DNA of 64,000 bases from the human T2T-CHM13v2.0 reference genome, Homo sapiens, in the NCBI RefSeq assembly GCF_009914755.1, contig NC_060934.1, one strand, 5' to 3'. How positions within the stretch are numbered: position 1 is the first letter of the stretch; each line of letters opens with the position of its first letter. Positions 34,680 through 50,007 of this stretch are shown here, in pieces. Below the pieces are notes generated by a model. It was not told the origin of the DNA. It did no database searches and worked only from the letters and a program-made list of their open reading frames with translations. A program made the position numbers and the translations under genes.

Positions 34680-35749
34680 CTAGTGGAGATCCCATCATAA
34701 ACCACAAAGGAAAGAAAACTGGTTAACCAACTGAAAATACAAGTACCACACGAATCATCGTGAAGTCAGTTTGTATGATCTTCTCAATAAACTCATTCAA
34801 AATAGCCTCTACTAGATATTTACTTGTTCATAAGAAACAGTAGCTATGGACAGGTTAAAGTCCACAGGTGAATAACAATTACACAGTAGTAGGTTTTGAT
34901 GGCGCTTCTACTTAGAAGAACTTTGCTGACTTCTTTTGCGGCTCACAGAAGGCATAGTCCTGCTTGATAGCATTTAGAGATTACTTCTTTGAGTTGACAA
35001 CAAAAATGAGTATAGTCCAGTATGTTATTAAGGTTAGATCTCATACTACACTTGATCTTCTACCAAGAGACTGAACAGAAATTTCAGACAAAAAAAGCTA
35101 CTGGATGAGAACTAGAACAGCAAAGCCCTCCACCAGGAAGTTAATATTTAAATTTCTCAAAATAAAAGAAAAAAATTTGCATTTTTTACGTTACCCAAGA
35201 TACTGCAAAGGTAAACTATGTGAACAGGAAAAAATACACAAAATGAGAATAGGTCCCCAAAGGCTGACCATTACCAGCCATAACAATAAATGTGTATAGA
35301 AGCTAATACTTAATAATAATGATGTAATAAGCTTATGGGGAAATTGCTATAATTAAAATAAATAACATAGTGGAAGCCACAGGTTGAGAAACAGACAAAA
35401 GTCTAAGGATAGAGTGAAATGAGGAAGTTAAGCCAAAGAAGCAAACCTAACATTATTTTTCTAACAATCATCCGGGCCATGCTGATGCTGAGAAGGTAAC
35501 ATAAGGGCAAATCTAATTTTGTTGGTAACAAAATTTGAGTTTGACATAACTTCAAACTCACAGAAAAGTTGAAAGATTAGTATAAAGTACTATTATATAT
35601 TTTTTACCAATTCACCAACAGTTTACATATTACACAATTTGCCTTGTATTTTTTCAACATGCCACTTTGAAAGTAAATTGGAGACATCATGCCACTTTAT
35701 GCTTAAGTACCTCAGCATAGATTTCCTGGGAACAAAGACATTCTCTAAT

Positions 35750-35840
35750 GGTCACAATCCCAAATGCCATAATCCCAAACGTTGAAATCCCCAAAGATCA
35801 AAATTTCTAAAGCCTAAAATCCCCAAAATGTAATTCTGAT
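35750..35840 (+). mobile_element. Solo Ricksha left-terminus fragment
   Basis: cacaatcccaaatgccataatcccaaacgttgaaatccccaaagatcaaaat, near-identical to 36590-36650. Confidence 0.8.
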
Positions 35841-35920
35841 ACATAATTTATAGCACAGTGTATATTTAATAAAACCAGGAAATTTAGTATTGATACACAT
35901 ACTATTATCTAATTCAGTCC

Positions 35921-36299
<379 letters not shown>

Positions 36300-36554
36300 T
36301 AAACTGCATTTAGTTGTCATGTCTCTTTAGTCTCCATTAATAGGGAACAGCCTTTCTTTGTCCTTATTTTTTCCTGTAGAGGTTTATTGGTTTTGATTGT
36401 GATAAATTCACCATTTTTACCATTTAACCACACAGTACGTAGGCCTTTTAGGTTTGGCTTCTTTCACTGAACATAATGTTTTTTAGGTTCACCATGTTGT
36501 AGCATGAATCAATATTTAATTCCTTTTTATTGCCAAATGATATTCCACTGTATG

Positions 36555-37780
<1,226 letters not shown>

Positions 37781-37944
37781 CACTGTATGTATATGCCACA
37801 GTTTATCTATTCATATGCTCAAAGACATTTAGGTTATTTCCACCTTTTGGTTATTCATGTATGAGTATCTGTTTGAGTACCTGTTGTCAATTCTTTTGGT
37901 ATGTACTAAGGAGAGGAACTGCTGGGTCATATGGCAGCTCTATG

Positions 37945-38427
37945 TTTTTGGTTTTTGTTTTGTTTTGTTTTGTTTTGTTTTGTTTTGTTTTGTTTTGAGA
38001 GAGTGTCTCACTCTGACACCCAGGCTGGAGTGCAGTGATATGATCTTGGATCACCGCAGCCTTGACCTCTGGGGCTCAGCTCAGGTGATCCTCCCATCTC
38101 AGCCTCCCCAGTAGCTGGGACTACAGGTACATGTCACCATGCTCGGGTAATTTTTGTATTTTTTGTAGAGATGGGGTTTTGCCATGTTGCCCAGGTTGGT
38201 CTTGAACTCCTGGAGTTAAGCAATCTGCGTGCCTCAGCCTCCAGAGTGCTGGGGTTACAGGCATGAGCCACCACACTCAGCTGGTTGTTTTTTGTTTAAG
38301 ACAGGAGGAGGTTGCTCTGTCGCACAGGATGAAATGCAGTGGCACAATCATGGATCTGGGCTGCATCCTTGATCTCCTGGGCTTTAAGCAATCCTTCCAC
38401 CTCAGCCTCCCAAAGTACTGCGATTAC
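37945..38427 (-). mobile_element. AluJ with (TTTTG)n tail plus adjacent Alu arm fragment
   Basis: Alu consensus. Confidence 0.88.
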
Positions 38428-41337
38428 AGCACCATTTACATTCCCATAAGCAATGTAAGAGGATTCCACATTCTCCACACCCTCACCAATACTTCTTCCT
38501 CTTCTTCTTTAAAAAATTATAACCATCCTCATGGATATGACATGGTATCTCACTGTGATTTTGATTTACATTCCCCTAATACCTAATGATGCTCAGCATC
38601 TTTTCATGTGCTTTTTGACCATCTGTATATCTTCTTTGGAGAAATGTCTATCCAAATCCTTTGCTCATTTTTGAATTTGTTATTTCTCATTTGGCTGTTG
38701 AGTTCTAATCGAAGTTCTTTATATATTCTGGATATTAGATCCTTATCATAGACATATCTGCAAATATTTTCTCCTATTCTGTGTGTTGCCCCTTCACTCT
38801 TGATAATGTCCTATGAAGCAGAAAAGTTTTAAATATTGAAGTCCCATTTATCTATTTTATTATTTGTGCTTTTGATGTTATATTTAATATTTCATTACCA
38901 ATCCAAGGTCATGAAGATTTACCCCTACTTTTCTACTAAGGGTTTTACAGCATTTGCTCTTTTTTTTTAGGTTATTGATCCATTTTGAGTTAAATTTTGT
39001 ATATAATGTGAAGTAGGGGGTTCACCTTCATTCTTTTGTACGTGAATATCTAGTGGACCTTATACCATTTGTTGAAATGGTATGACCTTTTACCACTGTC
39101 TTACATGCTTGTTGAAATTCAATTAACCATAGATGTGTGGGTTTATTTCTGAACTCTCAATTTTCTTCCATTGTCTGTGTTTATGCCAGTACCACATCAT
39201 TTACATTTTTGTAATTTAAAAAAATTGCAGTAAAATGCATATAACAAAATTTACCACTATAAACATTTTAAAGTATAAGTCTCTTCAGCTCTGTGCATTT
39301 TTTTTTTCATTCTTTTTCCTCTCTGCCTCAGACTAGATAATATCAATTGACCTATATCTTCAAGTTCACTAATTCTTTCTTCTGCCTGCTCAAGTTTGCT
39401 GGTTGAATCCCTCTAGTCAATTTTTCAACTCAGCTCTTGTACTTTTCAGTTCCAGAACTTCTATTTGGTATCTTTTAAACAATTTCTATGTATCTATTGA
39501 AATTTTCTGTTAGTTCATACATCATCCTTTTAGCTACTTAACTATACTTTAGGCAGTTGATCTAAAGTCTTTGAGTAGTACATATAATGTCCGTGCCTCC
39601 TCAAGGATACTCCCTATTTCTTTTTTTTTTCTTTCTGTGATTGGGCTGTAATTTATTGTTTCTATGTATGCATAATTTCTTGTTGAAACTGGACATTTTG
39701 TATATTATAATGTGGTAACTCTCGAAATCGCATTCTCCCCCTTCCTCAGGGTTTGTTGTTGCTACTTACTGTGGGTTGTAGTTGTTTGTTTAATGACTTT
39801 ATTAAACTCTTCTTGTAAAGACCTGTGACCTTTGTCATAGGTCGTCACTCAAGTCTCTGTTCACCTTAGTGAGCAACTAGTGATTTGACAGGTTTCCTTA
39901 AATGCCTGGAGCGAAAGGGGTAAAAATACTCTCCGGATCTTTTCAGACTGGCTCTGTATTGGGCATTTCTTCAATGCTTACTTAGCAAGACCATTTACAA
40001 CTCTCTCTTAGCCTTAAGATTCCGGCTTGCATGGGGCTTAAATGTCAGCCAGACATGAAAGCTCAGGATCTTCTAAGGTTTCTTCTGAACATTCATTCAA
40101 CCCTAAGCCTTCTACACTCCCCTGTATATGGTGAAGCATTTCAAATCACTTGTTCTCCCATGTATCTCCTTACAAAGCCTCTTCCTTCCCAGGCTATTTG
40201 GTTTGTCTGCTTGTCCCAGCTGCTACAGTATTATTTACCTTTAAATCTTTCTGACAAATGCTGCCCCAGTCCCCTAAAAGCTCTGAAGCAGGTGAAACAA
40301 AGGCAAGCCTCAAAGCTGATTCCTTAGGGAGCCACCAGACAGGTTGATGCCCACATCCAGAGTCATCCAAGAACATGATCCACATTGCTCGTTCTGACAC
40401 AAGCAAACTCTGTCAGGAACATGGGCCGCCATCCTTACAGCTGCCATTGCACTGGGGACTTGGGGTGGTCACCAGGTAAGTTAAAATACAATGTTCTGTG
40501 AACAAATTTTAGCAGCTTCTTTCTTTTAAAGCGTTCTCCTGGTTGTTTTAAGTCTTTCGTTAGATTCTAGAGATCTGAACAAGTTGACTGACAATTTTTG
40601 GCAGCTTAATTTTTGGTTTAATGGCGGGATGTGGTTTTGGAGTTCCCCGCTGTGTCATTTTTTCTCTCTTTGTACTTCTTAACCTTGACAGTTTTAAAAG
40701 GCACAGGTGAGTTATATTGTAGAATATCTCTCATTTTGAATTAGGCTGATGTTTCTTTGTGATTAGATTCATATCTAGCTATCACAAACTATGAATTCAT
40801 GTTGATACCTATAATTCCTTTCTAGGAAACAATTTGGTCTTATCCCTCACACACTTGTTACTACCTTCTCCAAAAATGAGAAACCTGGTTCCCATTATCA
40901 TCAATATATTTATTCAAGCTTAGAATACACAAAAAGTAGTTTCACAACTGCTAATCCCATCTCTGCAGAAAACAAACATATCTATGTCATCTAGAGTCCA
41001 ACATTTGTTACTTTTTTAAGGAAAATCTACATATGTTGAAAAGCAAAAATCTAATGTATAATAGACGTCTTTATCAAGATATGGAACATTTCCATCACTT
41101 CCGAAAGTTCTTTTATGCCCCTCCATAATAAATTCCTACCATATTTTCACCATAGATGAGTTTTGCCTGTTCTAGAAATTGATATAAATGGTATCACTAG
41201 TATATACTTTGGTGTCCTGCTTCTTTGGCTCAGCATAATGTGGGGAAGATTCATCCACACTGTAATCATCAGTAGTTCACTTTTATTGCTTAGTAGTATT
41301 TTATTCTGATCATTACAAAATTAAAATATATAATAAA

Positions 41338-42084
41338 TGTAAAAGTGTTCCTATTTCTCCACATCCTCTCCAGCATCTGTTGTTTCCTGACTTTTTAATG
41401 ATTGCCATTCTAACTGGCACGAGATGGTATCTCATTGCGGTTTTGATTTGCATTTCTCTAATGACCAGTGATGACGAGCTTTTTTCATATGTTTGTTGGC
41501 CACAGAAATGCCTTCTTTTGAGAAGTGTCTGTTCATATCGTTCATCTACTTTTTGTTGGGGTTATTTTTTTCTTGTAAATTTATTTAAGTTCCTTGTAAA
41601 TTCTGGATATTAGCCCTTTGTCAGATGGATACATTGCAAACATTTTCTTCCATTCTGTAGGTTTCCTGTTCACTCTGATGATAGTTTCTTTTGCTGTGTG
41701 GAAGCTCTTTAGTTTAATTGGATCCTATTTGTCAATTTTGGCTTTTGCTGCCATTGCTTCTGGTGTTTTAGTCATGAAGTCTTTGTCCATGCCTATGTCC
41801 TGAATGGTATTGCCTAGGTTTTCTTCTAGGGTTTTTATGGTTTTAGGTCTTACATTTAAGTCTTTAATCCATCTCGAGTTAATTTTTGTATACAGTGTAA
41901 GGAAGGGGTCCAATTTCAGTTTTCTGCATATGGCTAGTCAGGTTTCCCAGCACCATTTATTAAATAGGGAATCCTTTCCCCATTGCTTGTTTTTGTCAGG
42001 TTTTGCAAAGATCAGATGGTTGTAGATGTGTAGTGTTATTTCTGAGGTCTCTGTTCTGTTCCATTGGTCTATATGTCGTTTTGT
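41338..42084 (-). mobile_element. L1PA (L1PA7/8-like) ORF2 3' fragment
   Basis: ORF 41725..41913 ([33 protein letters not shown]) is L1 ORF2. Confidence 0.92.
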
Positions 42085-42519
42085 GATGTGCTGTTTCTAA
42101 TTCTTTAGTAAAAAGGTCTACATTGTTCTTCCATGCTTTTGCAGTTGGGGTGGTAAAGAAGTAGAGAGGGAGAGAAGTTACTTGTATGTTTTCAGAGGCA
42201 TGCTCTTGTTAAAGAGTGGTTCAGGCAAATTTAGGATTATGTATCTATTTACCAACTCTTAAGAATTCATAAGTGAATTTATAGAGTATCCAAAACTCTG
42301 AGGAAGATTCTTACAAAATTCATGACATAGTAATTACAGACACAAAAATTATCATAAAACCATCAAATTTGATCTCTCAAGTTACTCAAAGCTAGGAAGA
42401 ACATCAAATAAATACGTCAAAATTTGGGAGGAAATGGGAGTTACTAGAAAACAAACTTTTAGATTATTCTGTGCCTATGGCTGCTTCTTAGCTGGTGTTT
42501 TAAAACCAAAGACCTGATT

Positions 42520-43040
42520 CTACCATTTGATCCAGCAATCCCACTACTGGGTATTTACTCAAAGGAAAAGGAGTCATTATACAAAAAAGATACTTGCATA
42601 TGCATATTTATAGCAGCACAATTCACAACTGCAAATACGTGGAACCAGCCCAAATGCCCATCAATAAACAAGTGGATAAACAAACTGTGGAATATGCATA
42701 CGATAAAAGGAACGAATTAATGGCATTCGCAGCAACTTGGATAGGACTGGAAACTATTATTATAAACGAAGTAACTCAAGAATGGAAAACTAAACATTGT
42801 ATGTTCTCATTCATAAGTGGGAGCTAAGCTATGAAGATGCAAACGCATAAGAATGATACAATGGACTTTGGCGACTCGGGGGTGTGGGGAAGGGTGAGGG
42901 GGTGAGGGATAAAAGTCTACAAATTGGGTTCAGTGTACACTGCTCGGTGATGGGTGCACCAAAATCTCACAAATCACCACTAAAGAACTTACTCATGGAA
43001 CCAAATACCACCTGTTCCCCAAAAACCTATGGAAATAAAA
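42520..43040 (+). mobile_element. L1PB1-like 3' end
   Basis: 3'UTR ...gggtgcaccaaaatctcacaaatcaccactaaagaacttactcat...aaaaacctatggaaataaaa. Confidence 0.85.
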
Positions 43041-43284
43041 CTTTTTTTTTTTTTTAAAGAAAATGTCAAGTAAAATGATCCTTCATTTAATCTTTTAGAT
43101 GGTGTTTAATCTTTTACTAAATTTTAAGTCATTCTTTCCCCTAAGCAAACACCACTTATACACTTCAGGGGTGATATGGAGGCATATTCCAAGGAGAATA
43201 TAATCTTATCAGACTGGTAGTAATGTTCTCTCACTGCCCCAGAAGTAGTTATTTACATTTTTTGTTATTTTATTGTTGTTGTTT

Positions 43285-44240
<956 letters not shown>

Positions 44241-46754
44241 AGAATTGGATATTCTTAAAAGAGATTGTAATTGCAGATACCTTACAGAGCATTATGTTGT
44301 TTTATGTGGCTTAGAAGTTACATTTCAAACTTGATTCCAATCACTTGAATCTCTGAAATTAAGGATATGGAAGCAGAATGCAGGTCAAATGACAAGAATA
44401 GCATTTCTATTCAATTTACTGACCAATGTTACCTCTTCTTAGAGAAGAAAATTATGCAAAATGTTTTAAAGCAATGTGCTAACTTAAATGAACAAAATAT
44501 AACTGTTTTACTATTCACTGATATGACCTAGTCTTAGATCTTACTTATTTCAAAACTTAAAGTGTAGTTATAGGTACAGTATCACCAACCCATTCAAATT
44601 ACTGATCTCAAGTAAAGGCAAATGGACATTATTACAGGTTTCTGGTATTGATCTCAACTGCACCATATCCTGGATATTTTCATTTTTTAGATAAGCAGAA
44701 AGACTTGAAAGTAAACTTATTATATAGCAAATTATACACTACACATGTGTAACTGCTACACTTCACAGTAAGTCAAAAACCTAGATTTTTGTACCAGATG
44801 ACTTTATGCTGAAGCACTCACACTTTAGTTTCTGACCAATCACATAAACTTATAAAATACATGGTTAAAGTTGCTGGTGCCATGAGGGGCACTGGAACTG
44901 GGATTTCCAGACTCATGAGCGCTAAGTGTGCTCAAACAGTAAATCCTAACTAGTTACAGGGTTGATCAAAATAGGGTTAGTAATTTTGCCTTCTGGGACT
45001 CAAGTATATGAAGCCAAAGAGAGAAATCATATCTAGAAACTTATTTCTTCTAGTTAAGATCTAATTTTCAAGTTATAAAGTTAAAAAAACTTTTTCTAGT
45101 TAAAGAAGTTGATGGACTATGTCTGCAAAATCAATGCTTACATATCATCCAGAAATTCAAAACATCTTTGGCATATAGAAAATGTGATGAAGAACACAGC
45201 TTTACTATTTAAATTAAAGTGTCATCCTTTATGGGGATGAAATCCTTGGGTTATTTTAGTATTAATATTTTGCTACATTGCTGAAATACATTCAAAGTCT
45301 ATCTAAATCCCTTGAGTAATATTTGAGGTTGTACATCAAAAACAAATTAATGATAATATGCTTCTTCTGGAAAATACAATTTTGGCATATCATTTCCAAA
45401 TGACAAATAGTATTTCTATCTAAGGTTGGGGTCAAGGTATGCGGTGGGGTGTTAGAAAGAAAGAGAAAATTCAGCAATTTTCCCATGCAATTAATGCTTA
45501 CACTTCATTATCTAGTTGGTGCATGGATTGATGCCAAAGCCTTGGTAAAACATCAATCTTAAACAATCACACTATTTCCAATCAAATTAAAAATGTTGCA
45601 CAGCTAAAATATGTTTTTCTTATTCCCCACCCCATCTCTGAACTTGCAGAAGGGTAGAATTTGGGGATATATCAGATAACAATGAAATCAAAATGTTTCT
45701 AATTTGAAGTAGTTTATGATTCCTCCTTCTGACTCAAATTTTCTTCTAAGCTTTTCAAAGGTAATATCGCATTTGAGGCAAACACACATAAATTACTGTG
45801 CAACAAACTGGAAGGTGAATGCTTAAGATACTGTAAACTTCACTATGCCAGAAAGCAATTCTCTTTTCAGTCCCAATTCTAACCACCTCAGCTGTGAGAA
45901 CAATTCCAAATACCTGGAATGCAAAGGTTTTCTTATCTCATTAACTAGATGGCTTCAAAGATGGTACAAATGAAGATGTTTTTAAAAAACAGTGGCAGAT
46001 GATTTGATTAAAAAGCAATAATAAAACATTTTAAAAGTCTACTGGAATGGCATTAACTTTAAGGAAACGATACAACTTTACTGCAAAGGTTTGTTTTAAT
46101 CCTCAGTATCTGAACGAGGTATTATCAAAACTCTAGAAGGAGAAAATCTTCAACTCTACCATGTTATTTCTGCATACTAGCTTCAAAGCAGCTTTGAGCA
46201 GGGGAATCTATGTTTTATGACTTGATTATCTGCTACCTAAATCTAAGAATTTAATTTTGAACTTTGGCCACTCAAATGGATCAATGCTAAAAAGAAAGTC
46301 CTGAGATCAGCAGCAGTGTTGTTTTTAGTCACTTGGGTTATAAAAAGTTTCTCTATCACTTAATGTAAAAACAATCTCAAGTAAAAATCTTGAAAAATAA
46401 GTCAATATAGTGATTTCACCTTCTTTCACTTGGAAAAAAATTTGTATAAGAAAAAAATGTATCATAAGAACAAAAATTAAAGTTTCACTCTGAGGATCAC
46501 CGTTCACAACCTTGATCTAAACTGCTTTAGTAACTATCACCTCCCAAGAAACCGTGTTGATGAAGGACTTTAAAAGCAATTTTGAAAGCAAACAAACATT
46601 TATAGGTATCCCTTAAGCACCAATGACCATTAAAGACAACATTAAAGACCATGAAAAACTTAAGCATTATACTTCGCATATTCTGGAAGTATATGAATTG
46701 GAAGTGGCTGACCTCAATTACAGGTGTCAGCATCTCATTTGATTTATTCTCTTT

Positions 46755-46940
46755 AGTAAATGCCAGGCACTGTGCTAGGTACTTTATATTTGCATTATCT
46801 CTTTAAGTCCTTATTGCATACTATTATCTGCACTTTATGGATAAGAACACTCAGGGTTAGAGAAGTCACATAAGTAGCCAAAGGTGACAATACTATTAAG
46901 TGGCAGGAGACTCCAGAGCCCATGTCATGAATCATTATAT
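46755..46940 (-). mobile_element. MIR
   Basis: tgccaggcactgtgctagg...gccaaaggtgaca...ctccagagccc. Confidence 0.65.
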
Positions 46941-49062
46941 GTTACATTGTATCAACTGCACAGGAACACACTGGGTATCTATATTGTTCACAATTTCTGG
47001 AAAATGTTAATCAGGACTGAATATTTTTGAAGTAGTTCACTACCATAAAATATTTACCTTGGGGCTTAGCTTGTATCCACTAAGTTAACTTGAAGTTGAA
47101 GAGGAAAGTCCAAGCCAATGATACAGGTGCACATTTTTTTTTAAGGCTTTCACTTACTCAAATGCATATTTCAATCATTTTGAAATGTGCATCACTTCAA
47201 GAGTGCAATGTTCTTTATAATTTTTAATTAATAAATGTTAGATTAATCTGTAATTGGTGAAGTTTTTCATTCAAGTTTAGAATTTTAAAAAATACATCAT
47301 GCCAAAAACAAATATGCAAATAAAGGACTATCCTCACACATTCTCTACAACCAAAGATTATAAATAGATGGTCAGGCTAAGTTGAGAACTCATTTTACCA
47401 GAAGAGAAGGAGAAATAACTTGTTTAGTATACTCTTATAGAACTTTATTTATGTGACCTTAAGCATGCTAGAATGTGCTAAAATATAAGAAAAAAGAAGT
47501 TGGCCTGGAACTGAAGAAAGTTCTCTGATAGCAAAGTGATTTTTGAATCTTGTTTTATGATGAAAAAGCTAAAGATGAAGGTGTAAGAAATGCAATGGTT
47601 AGTCATGTTTATGTTTTCAAATCAACAATGATAAATCAAATGGGTTCATTGATCCCAAATTCAAACACAACATAATCTAAAATAAAAATGGATGTAAAGA
47701 TATTTTAATAGGAGTCTGAATATTTGAGACAACTAAGTAAACTACACCCTCCTTTGGCACACTTAATGATTACATTATTATTTATTTTCTCAACTTGAAT
47801 AATCAAACACATGGGTTAGATTAACAAACTTTAGTAGTGGTGGAACTCAGAGACTGGAAAGAGACATTATGGATACTCCTCACAGCAGTCTAAGTATTTC
47901 ACAGCATTAATAAACTGCATCTGAAGAACAGCATTCTATGCTACCAGGAAAACAAAACAATCCCAGACTTTCCACAGGCAATAGAAACTTAGCATGCAAA
48001 GAACAAGTCACTGCAAAGAAGCAAGCAAGAAATGCCTCTTCTACAAAGTAACTGTTCATTGACCTTTGGAAGCTTAAAGGATTCATACTAGTGTCACCAA
48101 AATGAGTGATACTCATAGAACACAATGTAGGTAAACAATTCTCCCACTACCTAAGAAAAAGGTTTATTATTATTCTTTAATGTAAAAAGTTTATTCATAA
48201 GATAGACTTAAGAATGCAGAAAAGCTTGATTTTGAATCCCTGATCAACCAAGGACACTACCTTAAACAGTGAAAGTTTAAAGAAGACTGGTGCTGTTTTG
48301 TCACCTAGTGTGGTTGACTACTTAATGCTGCAGATTCCAGAGACTTTTAAGCACTTACCAACTGCTGCCTCTCTAATCTATTCCTAATTAGTAAGGACAC
48401 CTATCCAAGTCCAGCCATTGTAAATCTTCCAGCCGTAAGCCATACAATTATTAAAGGAGAGGAAGAGTTTTTAGCTACCCTCTACAAACTGTCCTACCAT
48501 AATCAGAGAACCGGAAGTGGCTGGCCTCAATCACAGGTGTTAGTATCTCATCTGATCTACTCGGTACTCTGTATGATGTTTGTGCCATGGCTGTTCTAAA
48601 ATAGAATTCCCAGGATTAGAAACATTGATAATGGAATCGTCTATACGTTATTCTGACATAATTTTTAATGTATTTGTTGGTTTGGTTCAGAATGCAGTTA
48701 AAGACAAAGGTATTTAGGAAGATAATCCATTGTACTAATAATAAGATACCTAATTTGAGGGTTTGGTAAGAGGGACTACCAAAAATTACACCCCATTTTT
48801 CAAACAAAGGAAGTATAGAAAAAATGTACTGTAAAAATAAAGAGCACCCTGTGGTCTTCGTTAGTTATATTAGTTATTTTAAACCAAAAGATGTTTATAA
48901 TTCAGCTTAATTTATATTTAATTACTACAACTCAGTTTAATTTATATTTTTAAGACTGCCAGCCACCAGAAATGTGAGAGTAATATTTTAATGAATAAAT
49001 TTTAATAATTTATAAACTACCATTAAAGAGCCCAAGCCTTCAAAGATCAATTTAAAAAGTAC

Positions 49063-49120
49063 CTTTAGGAGTGTCCTTGAAGATCTCCTTGGCCCGTCTG
49101 TAAGTATATATTCTTTTCAT
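49063..49120 (-). CDS. MICU1: Coding part of a MICU1 alternative 5' exon (MKRIYTYRRAKEIFKDTPK + G), in frame with exon 7, giving a ~278-aa short isoform
   Basis: accATGA Kozak context, 58 nt to donor AAAG|gtactt; phase 1 matches the exon 7 acceptor; 19+259 = 278 aa agrees with the recalled short isoform length. Confidence 0.8.
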
Positions 49121-49383
49121 GGTTTTCTCCAAATATTTAGTTGCTTTTCCAAATTAAAGTCATTGATTAGCTCAGAAAAGCAAAATAATAAAGTCTTTCT
49201 AGGTGTCCCATTTGTTTCCCCTTAAGCCATTTTACTGAGCAAAGTGCAACCAAGCAACTGCTTATTTGTATTTATTATGTAAGAAATTTCAAAAGAAAAA
49301 AAGATTAATTTTTAACTTGAAGTTACTGTTGTCTCATCAGTCCTGTTACAGTTCAAGTAGGAACATAATATCCCAAATAAGAC

Positions 49384-49663
49384 TTTTTTGTTTTTGTTTT
49401 AGAGACAGGGTCTCACTCTGTCACCCAGGCTGGAGTAGTGTCACAATCTTAGCTCACTACAACCTCCAACTCCTGGGATCAAGCGATCTTCCCACGTCAG
49501 TCTCCTGAGTAGCTAGGACTACTACTGTTTTTAAATGTTTTCATAGAGATGAGGTCTTGCTATGTTGCTCAGGCTGGTCTTGAACTCCCGGTTGCTCAAG
49601 TGATCCTCCTGCCTCTGCCTCTCAAAGTGCTGGGATTACAAGCATGAGCCACCAGACCCGGCC
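49384..49663 (-). mobile_element. AluJ between the DFWQ microexon and the alternative 5' exon
   Basis: Alu consensus; TSD ccaa(a/g)taagact. Confidence 0.9.
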
Positions 49664-49784
49664 TCCAAGTAAGACTATTTAAGTGACTCAATTAATTAAG
49701 TATCTCTTATGCTTAACAAGAGTGATTACAACAAAATTTCTTAACCTTTTGTGTAACACATAATGTTAAAACTTCCTTTTAAAT

Positions 49785-49981
49785 CATGCTGGGTATCAAA
49801 TTCTCTGGGACTTGTGCAGTGCTTGGATTGTCATATTAAAGATAAAGTATGTTAATTTAAAGTGACAGGAACGAAATCATTCTGAAGGGAGCAGGGCAAG
49901 GACATATGCATCATGCGCTGAACCTTTGTTCCTGAAGCATTACTATGGATTTTGGAGCATTAAGTAATTTAAAGCACATGC
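49785..49981 (-). promoter_or_regulatory. Putative intronic splicing enhancer downstream of the DFWQ microexon (3x GCAUG RBFOX motifs, several YGCY MBNL motifs)
   Basis: GCATG on the minus strand at 49981-49977, 49916-49912 and 49789-49785; TGCT/TGCC cluster between them. Confidence 0.6.
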
Positions 49982-49995
49982 TGCTGAGTCAGTAC

Positions 49996-50007
49996 CTGCC
50001 AGAAATC
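49996..50007 (-). CDS. MICU1: MICU1 12-nt alternative microexon (GATTTCTGGCAG = DFWQ), MICU1.1-type muscle insert
   Basis: Long pyrimidine tract ...ttttttctttttctcatcttctgattag|exon|gtactg; phase 0/0; orthologous to the EFWQ insert known from mouse MICU1.1. Confidence 0.92.

Noticed and set aside
34363-34707. 114-aa minus-strand ORF spanning the TE microexon
   Set aside because: No resemblance to any protein I recognise, and not the MICU1 frame; a chance intronic ORF.
41338-43040. Antisense L1 segment followed by a sense L1 3' end, resembling a twin-priming inversion
   Set aside because: The two parts look like different subfamilies (L1PA7/8-like versus L1PB1-like), are separated by ~440 bp of unrelated sequence and share no TSD.
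44876-44897. CTCF-like motif tgccatgaggggcactg
   Set aside because: One base short of the CCASYAGRKGGCRS spacing, with core mismatches.
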